The notes under the pieces are model-generated. The model saw nothing but the letters and a program-made list of their open reading frames with translations, ran no database searches and had not been told where the DNA came from. Below, piece after piece: positions 58,007-64,000 of a stretch of DNA of 64,000 bases (its first letter is position 1; every line of letters begins with the position of its first letter). A program made the translations under genes and the position numbers. This stretch comes from an uncultured Hormoscilla sp. (lineage in GTDB: Bacteria > Cyanobacteriota > Cyanobacteriia > Cyanobacteriales > Desertifilaceae): the NCBI GenBank assembly GCA_963921275.4, contig OZ001293.3:1792001-1856000 (forward strand). Direction: 5' to 3'.

Positions 58007-58953
58007 TCAAGGGGTGGCGAGCATTTTTTTTGCATAGTTGGGGTCAAACGGTTTTCCCGACTTCAAGACCCCATAAGCCAGACACAAGAGCTTGTGCATG
58101 GCCGCACAAATAATGGCTCGCGCCCGCTTTACCCCTTTCCAACAGGCGATCGCAAAATGCCGGGCGCACAGGGTTAAAACGTCGAGCTGACATGGCCGGC
58201 ATATACAATGTTTTACGAAGCTTAGCATTACCGGTCTTACACAGGCGTGTTTTGCCTCGTACCGAAGAGCCAGAAACCTGCTGCCTCGGTGTAACCCCAG
58301 CATAAGCAGATACGAGACTCGCACTATCGTAAGTGTCAATCTCTTCGGCTAGTAGTTTAGCAGCCGTCAGTTCACCCACTCCGGGAATCGACAGGAGTAA
58401 CTCCTGCTGATGCTTCAGGTTCTCATGAGTATCTATTAGCTCAGTAATGAGCTGTTTGATTTGCTCAATTTGTCCATCGAGAAAAGTAATGTGCTCTTCT
58501 AACAACTGTACAACACAATCCTGCTTAATCAAGGAGTTAAGCCGGTTGACTTCAGTCTGGCGTAGACTTTGCACTGATTCCAGTTGTCGAATCAATGCTT
58601 GTAGTTGCTGTATTTCTGGTGGAGATGGACTCCAAGCTGGAGGTTGATTTTGTTCGCAATACTGAGCAATTAGTTGACAATCCCCTTTGTCCGTCTTATT
58701 GCGAGACAACTTGCTTTGACCAAAAGCCTTAATGCAAGCAGGGTTAACAATACTGACAGTGTGTCCTTGCTCATACAACCATTCAGCGACAGCTTCGCCA
58801 TAACGACCGGTTGCCTCGCTCGCAAGCATGAACTTGACCTACCTTCTGCTTAGCCAACCACTCACCGAGTTGTTCCATTCCTTCTAATGTGTTAGAGAAG
58901 ATTTTGTGCTAAGACTTGCCCTCTAGCAACAAAGCTACATCGAAAAAATCTTT
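58007..58953 (-). pseudogene. IS110-family transposase pseudogene
   Basis: KDFFDVALL, EATGRY, KTDKGD, SIPGVG, AYAGVTP..SGSS, GNAKLRKTLYMPA; stop and frameshifts; 5' end lost. Confidence 0.85.
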
Positions 58954-59023
58954 ATTAGGGGTCGAGCTAGGAATCGCTTCGGTACCCTCCCGTTCGGAGC
59001 CGGACGTGCGACTTTCACCGCAC
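58954..59023 (-). mobile_element. 3' fragment (partial domain V and domain VI) of a group II intron inserted in the IS110 gene
   Basis: Minus strand GTGCGGTGAAAGTCGCACGTCCGGCTCCGAACGGGAGGG...CTCGACCCCTAAT directly followed by AAA GAT TTT TTC. Confidence 0.85.
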
Positions 59024-59024
59024 T

Positions 59025-60114
59025 TTCTATTGCTCCCAGTCAATAGCAAAACATGAAAGAGCAAATCCGGTTTTATTTCTCTCCTGCCAACTGGTGTCTG
59101 GAGGAACTTTCCCATATAAATCAACTTGATATTCTGTTTCAGAGCTGACTAGATTGTCAGCCTTTACATAAGCAGTATCGAGAAGATATGCACTTTGCAG
59201 TAGTTGCTTTTCTGCTAGGTGAGCGTGGATAATAGGAGTCATTTTTCCATCTGAGGTTGTTGCGCTTGTTGTCTCGACGTTCCTTATTATATGCGGACAA
59301 TTTTCCAGAGCAAGTTTCCCTTAGATCGACTTTATAGCCAGTCCAGTTTGTATCTCATGAGCTTGCAGTTGCGCGGGTCCCATAAGAGATTCAATCGACA
59401 GTTTGTTGGGAGGTACTCCGATCGCGCTGCGCTGGGGGCGCAGCCATGTGCTTTCCTTTTGTCGCCATACTAGGCTCTCTGCTACAAAAGCCTATTGCTG
59501 CACCCAAACTTGTCGCAGAATTTCTACCCTATCCAGCCCTTGTAACTTTTGAGTAGTTGCCCAGTTATAAATAGCCTCTAAAATTAAGTGTCCGTCTGCA
59601 CCAATGGCTAGGGCTAATTCCTCTTGTTCTTTTTTTTCTATGGCTGCGCCACGCTGCGCGATTGGGTAATAGATATTGTTCAAACCTTGTTCCATATCGG
59701 TCAAACCAATCTGGAGTCACTCTTCGTAAGAAGCCATTCCGGAGCATGAGTGGCTAGTTCCCTATCGAGCATGGCGCTCCCGTTTCTCCTACTAGCTCCA
59801 AGGGGTTAACACATCTAATAGCTGCTCTTATCATGGGTGGCGTCACTACCTTGTGTGCCTCGAGAACGGAGCCAAAATTGCTCTCTCAATTTTGTCAGCA
59901 TTAAATCTAGTAGTTGATTTTCTTGTTTTTTCGCTATCAGACCCTCGCGAAATTCCGTCAACACTGTATAGTCAAAACCCTCCTCAGTTAATTCTAGGCC
60001 TAAAGCATACTTCCAATCAATACACCGAACCCACGGCATCAGCGGCTTGTCTATCTGGAACGACCAACGGCTTCCTGCATAATTGTAATTAGCGCTAACT
60101 TGGCTCTGTGACAT
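59025..60114 (-). pseudogene. IS1182-family transposase remnant
   Basis: IDWKYALGLELTEEGFDYTVLTEFR, IGADGHLIL, LRQVWVQQ, NVETTSATTSDG, LDTAYV. Confidence 0.78.
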
Positions 60115-60543
60115 TGCCGATTGTCCACATCTGGGCTCAAGAGACTCAAAGTCGTTATCTGTTTATATTTCTCCTAATTGTTCGTGCATTGTCATGTATA
60201 TGTTCCCAAAGGGAAACGATGCTTTCGCCACTGCGACTGTTTCTGGGGGCACAATCCATTGTAGTGAGGGATGAAGGGTCATAAGTAATTGGGGCGGTAT
60301 GGGTTTGTATAGCTCACTCTCCCATGTTTCCGCGTGAGTTTTCCTATCTATCGTAACTCAACACCTGCTGATTGGCTCTCCTTGGGGTACAATGGGGGCG
60401 AAGCCCCCATTCGCCAACCGAATCCTTTAGGGTGAGGGCTTTAGGGTGAGGGTGCGTGGTAAGGCAAAAACGGGATGCACCTCCAATCGGGAATTAGCAA
60501 ATTAACTGCTAAAATAGAATCATCAAGAACCGAGAGGAAAAAT

Positions 60544-61638
60544 ATGGGAAATAGCTTCGGGCATTTGTTGAGAATTACCACATTTGGGGAATCCCACGGC
60601 GGCGGAGTCGGCGTCATAATAGATGGGTGTCCCCCCCGACTGGAAATAGATGCCTCCGAAATTCAGCGAGAATTAAACCGCAGGCGTCCGGGACAGAGTA
60701 AAATAACCACGCCCCGCCAAGAAGCAGACAGCTGCGAGATCCTCTCGGGGGTGTTCGAGGGCAAAAGCTTGGGCACCCCGATCGCCCTTTTAGTTCGGAA
60801 CAAGGACTCTCGCTCCCAAGATTACCAGGAAATGGCACAAAAATATCGCCCTTCCCATGCCGATGCTACCTATGATGCTAAATATGGTATCCGCAACTGG
60901 CAGGGGGGCGGACGGGCTTCGGCTCGGGAGACCATCGGCAGAGTCGCAGCAGGGGCGATCGCCAAAAAAATCCTTCGGGTAGCTACTAATGTAGAAATCA
61001 TCGGTTACGTCAAGCGGATCAAAGATCTCGAAGGGGTCGTAGATCCAGACACCGTGACTATGGAGCAAGTGGAAAGCAATATTGTCCGCTGTCCCGACTC
61101 CGAATGTGCCGATCGCATGATTGCCCTGATCGAGGAGGTCGGGCGTCAAGGGGACTCACTGGGGGGAGTCGTGGAATGCGTGGCCCGCAACGTGCCCGTA
61201 GGCTTAGGAATGCCAGTATTTGACAAGCTGGAAGCTGACCTGGCAAAATCGATCATGTCCTTACCCGCCAGCAAAGGGTTTGAAATTGGCTCGGGCTTCG
61301 CGGGAACCCTGCTAGCAGGCAGCGAGCACAACGATGAATTCTACAGGGACGACCAGGGAAAGATCCGCACCCGCACCAACCGTTCTGGGGGGATCCAGGG
61401 AGGGATTTCCAACGGCGAACCGATTATCTTAAGGGCAGCATTTAAGCCCACTGCTACCATCAGAAAAGAACAACCCACGGTGACCAGTGCAGGTACCCAA
61501 ACAGTGCTAGCAGCAAAAGGGCGTCATGACCCTTGCGTTTTACCAAGAGCCGTGCCTATGGTAGAAGCTATGGTCGCCCTAGTGCTATGCGATCACCTGC
61601 TGCGTCACCAGGGTCAATGCGGAACATTAAAGCCTTAA
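60544..61638 (+). CDS. aroC: Chorismate synthase
   Basis: [47 protein letters not shown]. Confidence 0.97.
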   Translation: MGNSFGHLLRITTFGESHGGGVGVIIDGCPPRLEIDASEIQRELNRRRPGQSKITTPRQEADSCEILSGVFEGKSLGTPIALLVRNKDSRSQDYQEMAQKYRPSHADATYDAKYGIRNWQGGGRASARETIGRVAAGAIAKKILRVATNVEIIGYVKRIKDLEGVVDPDTVTMEQVESNIVRCPDSECADRMIALIEEVGRQGDSLGGVVECVARNVPVGLGMPVFDKLEADLAKSIMSLPASKGFEIGSGFAGTLLAGSEHNDEFYRDDQGKIRTRTNRSGGIQGGISNGEPIILRAAFKPTATIRKEQPTVTSAGTQTVLAAKGRHDPCVLPRAVPMVEAMVALVLCDHLLRHQGQCGTLKP

Positions 61639-61645
61639 ATTACCA

Positions 61646-62515
61646 ATGAAAACCAGCAGTTCATCCGATTTTTCCCCAACGGTGTTTGCAGTTCAATTCT
61701 GGGGAGTGCGAGGCAGCATTCCCGCCCCTGGTGAAGAAACAGTCCGCTATGGAGGCAATACCTCCTGCATAGAAATGCGAGTGGGTGGTAAGCGCCTGAT
61801 TTTTGATGGCGGCACTGGTATTCAGATGCTGGCCCTGGATCTCAAATCCCACAGGCCTCTAGAGGCCCATCTGTTTTTTACTCACTACCATTGGGACCAC
61901 ATCCAAGGGATACCATTTTTTACTCCCATGTTTACCCCCGGCAATCGCATCCACATCCGGGGCAACACCCCACCACCAGAAAGTCAATCCCTGGAAGAGC
62001 ATTTCCTGAATCGGGTAATGCATGTCTATTCGCCAGTACCAACGCCGACATTGCAAGCTGACCTGAAGTTCTCTAAATTAGAACCGGGTGAGGTGATGAT
62101 GCTAGAGGATATTAGCATCGAAACAGGTCTGCTGAACCATCCCAATGGGGCGATGGGATATCGCGTTACCTGGGACGGACACTCAGTTGTTTACTGCACT
62201 GATACAGAACATTACTTTGATCGCCTGGATAAAGATGTGCTACACCTGGCCCGTAACGCCGATGTCTTGATTTATGATGCCATGTACACGGATGAGGAAT
62301 ATCATAACCCCAAAGCTCCCAAGGTGGGATGGGGACATTCCACTTGGCAGGAAGGGGTGAAAGTGGCCAAGACGGCGGGGGTGAAGGAACTGGTGATTTT
62401 CCATCATGAACCCAACCACAATGATGATATCCTCAATCGGATCGCTCTTACTGTCAAAGAGGCTTTTCCCCATGCTGTACTTGCCCGAGAAGGGATGATT
62501 CTGCCAGTAATTTGA
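61646..62515 (+). CDS. MBL-fold metallo-hydrolase (paralogue of 14301-15212)
   Basis: FWGVRGSI, THYHWDHIQG, WGHS, FHHEP. Confidence 0.92.
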   Translation: MKTSSSSDFSPTVFAVQFWGVRGSIPAPGEETVRYGGNTSCIEMRVGGKRLIFDGGTGIQMLALDLKSHRPLEAHLFFTHYHWDHIQGIPFFTPMFTPGNRIHIRGNTPPPESQSLEEHFLNRVMHVYSPVPTPTLQADLKFSKLEPGEVMMLEDISIETGLLNHPNGAMGYRVTWDGHSVVYCTDTEHYFDRLDKDVLHLARNADVLIYDAMYTDEEYHNPKAPKVGWGHSTWQEGVKVAKTAGVKELVIFHHEPNHNDDILNRIALTVKEAFPHAVLAREGMILPVI

Positions 62516-63032
62516 GAATTGAGAATTGAGAATTGTAAATTGAGAATTGGGCGTTGCACCTAAAGGGGATGATGGTTGCTCTGTCAGTTGTCGGTTGTCA
62601 GTTGTCAGTTGTCATTAGATATGATATCTGGTCGATATTTGCCCTTGTACGTCGTTGTGCAACACGGCTGCGCCTGTTTTTATTTTTGAGAATTGAGAAT
62701 TGAGAATTGTAAATTGAGAATTGGGCGTTGCACCTAAGGGGATGATGGTTGCTCTGTCAGTTGTCGGTTGTCAGTTGTCAGTTGTCATTAGATATGATAT
62801 CTGGTCGATATTTGCCCTTGTACGTCGTTGTGCAACACGGCTGCGCCTGTTTTTATTTTTGAGAATTGAGAATTGAGAATTGTAAATTGAGAATTGGGCG
62901 TTGCACCTAAAGGGGATGATGGTTGATCTGTCAGTTGTCGGTTGTCAGTTGTCAGTTGTCATTAGATATGATATCTGGTCGATATTTGCCCTTGTACGTC
63001 GTTGTGCAACACGGCTGCGCCTGTTTTTATTT
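62514..63032. repeat. Three near-identical tandem copies of a 173-174 bp unit
   Basis: Units start at 62514, 62688 and 62861; each has GAGAATT and CAGTTGT heptamer runs and a GTTGCAC...GTGCAAC inverted repeat. Confidence 0.93.
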
Positions 63033-63061
63033 AAGTTCCGCTAATCAAAGGAGGAAGACAG

Positions 63062-63540
63062 ATGAGCGAAAAACACCATCACCGAATTTGATGTCTGCAT
63101 CATTGGGGCTGGCTGGTCGGAGCTGCTGTCCTGTAAATATGCGCTCTCCGCATCAGCGAGCGTGTTGTTGTGCTGGAACAGCGCGACTGGCTGGGTGGAG
63201 TCTGGAATTACAGTGACGACCCGAATATTATCACGGTCATGGAATCCACGTCGATGCCTTCGGGTAGTGCGAATACGATGTCTCCTGGGTAGTGCGATTA
63301 GCGCGAGATGTCTCTTGGGTAGTGCGACTAGCGCTCCCAAGAGACACCTCACCAGGAGACATCGAGCTCCCGAGAGGCATCGAAACCTCAAGCACGGTTC
63401 CCGAAAAATCGGCTACGGTGACGGAAGCCGCTGACTTTCCGATGAAACCGGAACTGGGGAATTTTCTTCATAGAAAGGACATTCAGGCCTACTTGGAAGA
63501 GTTGGTTGCTAGTAGCGCTAAACTTAAGCAACTCTCATAA
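63062..63540 (+). pseudogene. Flavin-containing monooxygenase (FMO-like) N-terminal fragment
   Basis: FDVCIIGAGWS, VLEQRDWLGGVWNY, TVTEAADFPM; frameshifts, palindromic insertions, truncated. Confidence 0.7.
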
Positions 63541-63672
63541 AATCAGCTGTTTCCCGTAGTTTATGAACTGGCAGTAGTATAATTTAATTTTCTCATTTAA
63601 GTAATTCTCTACAGGATTTTGTTGAATTTTCGGCTCATAATGATATATAGAAGTTCAATGCCTCTTCATCCG

Positions 63673-64000
63673 TCAATTCGGCAAGTATTCACTATCCAGG
63701 GTCTCTGCTATCGAAAAAGGTGATTCATAGGGCAAAGCTTCTATGTCTAATCCTGTCTCCTCCGCCGCTAACTCCCTCGCATCTTGATAGCTTTCGTTAA
63801 AAACTTCATTAAAATAACCTTTCAAACTCGGACTCTCTTGAAAAGCTCTTTTTAATCTTTGTCTGTGCTCTCTGATCGTACTTCGCCAACTATTCGATTT
63901 CTCGCGCAGCGTTCGCCTTGAATGCTGCTCTCTGTACTTCAGCAAATGCATTAACAGAATCTTCAGGTTGCTGTACACCGCCCGTTTCTCCCTTCTACTC
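63673..64000 (-). CDS. DUF29 family protein (5' end outside the window)
   Basis: LLMHLLKY...SNSWRSTIREHR...SPSLK...AAEETGL...PF. Confidence 0.88.
   Translation of the reverse strand, partial: SRREKRAVYSNLKILLMHLLKYREQHSRRTLREKSNSWRSTIREHRQRLKRAFQESPSLKGYFNEVFNESYQDARELAAEETGLDIEALPYESPFSIAETLDSEYLPN

Noticed and set aside
62514..63032. CRISPR-like array suggested by GTTGCAC/GTGCAAC motifs
   Set aside because: The intervening sequences are identical between units, so this is a tandem triplication.
63062..63540. Halogenase of the Bmp5 type
   Set aside because: Only generic FMO motifs in a short broken fragment, with no partner genes.

Overview
64-kb window from a filamentous (Oscillatoriales-like) cyanobacterium, judged from abundant HIP1 GCGATCGC sites, heptamer STRR repeats, hpsA, devBCA, Uma2/XisI/DUF29 genes and the hfq-dapF and pheS-surE-ribF gene orders. 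Housekeeping genes (rpmB, htpG, clpB, gloA, eno, pheS, surE, ribF, leuS, sigG, hfq, dapF, thiE, thiS, aroC) are interspersed with many pseudogenes, IS remnants (IS982, IS5, IS4, IS630, ISL3, IS1, IS110, IS1182), MITEs and 19-24 bp dispersed repeats, consistent with ongoing genome decay. The main signal is a family of ORF-less group IIB introns: four complete copies of 870-997 nt plus three fragments, with no reverse transcriptase in the window. The complete copies interrupt hpsA, enolase, a lasso-peptide precursor missing from the ORF track, and (antisense) a nuclease-like gene. Read by eye, each copy's EBS1 and EBS3 match its own insertion site and its gamma base matches its last base. These pairings and reading-frame restoration put the 3' ends 8 nt after the putative branch A; two copies end in CC rather than the consensus AY. 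Also notable: a LeuRS with about 110 extra residues and an acidic repeat tail, an Ntox28-like toxin fused in frame to a putative immunity gene, a MITE-disrupted cdgR/ComFB gene, and a 7.4-kb nested IS stack inside a palindrome between thiE and thiS. All calls are from manual reading; no database searches were run.
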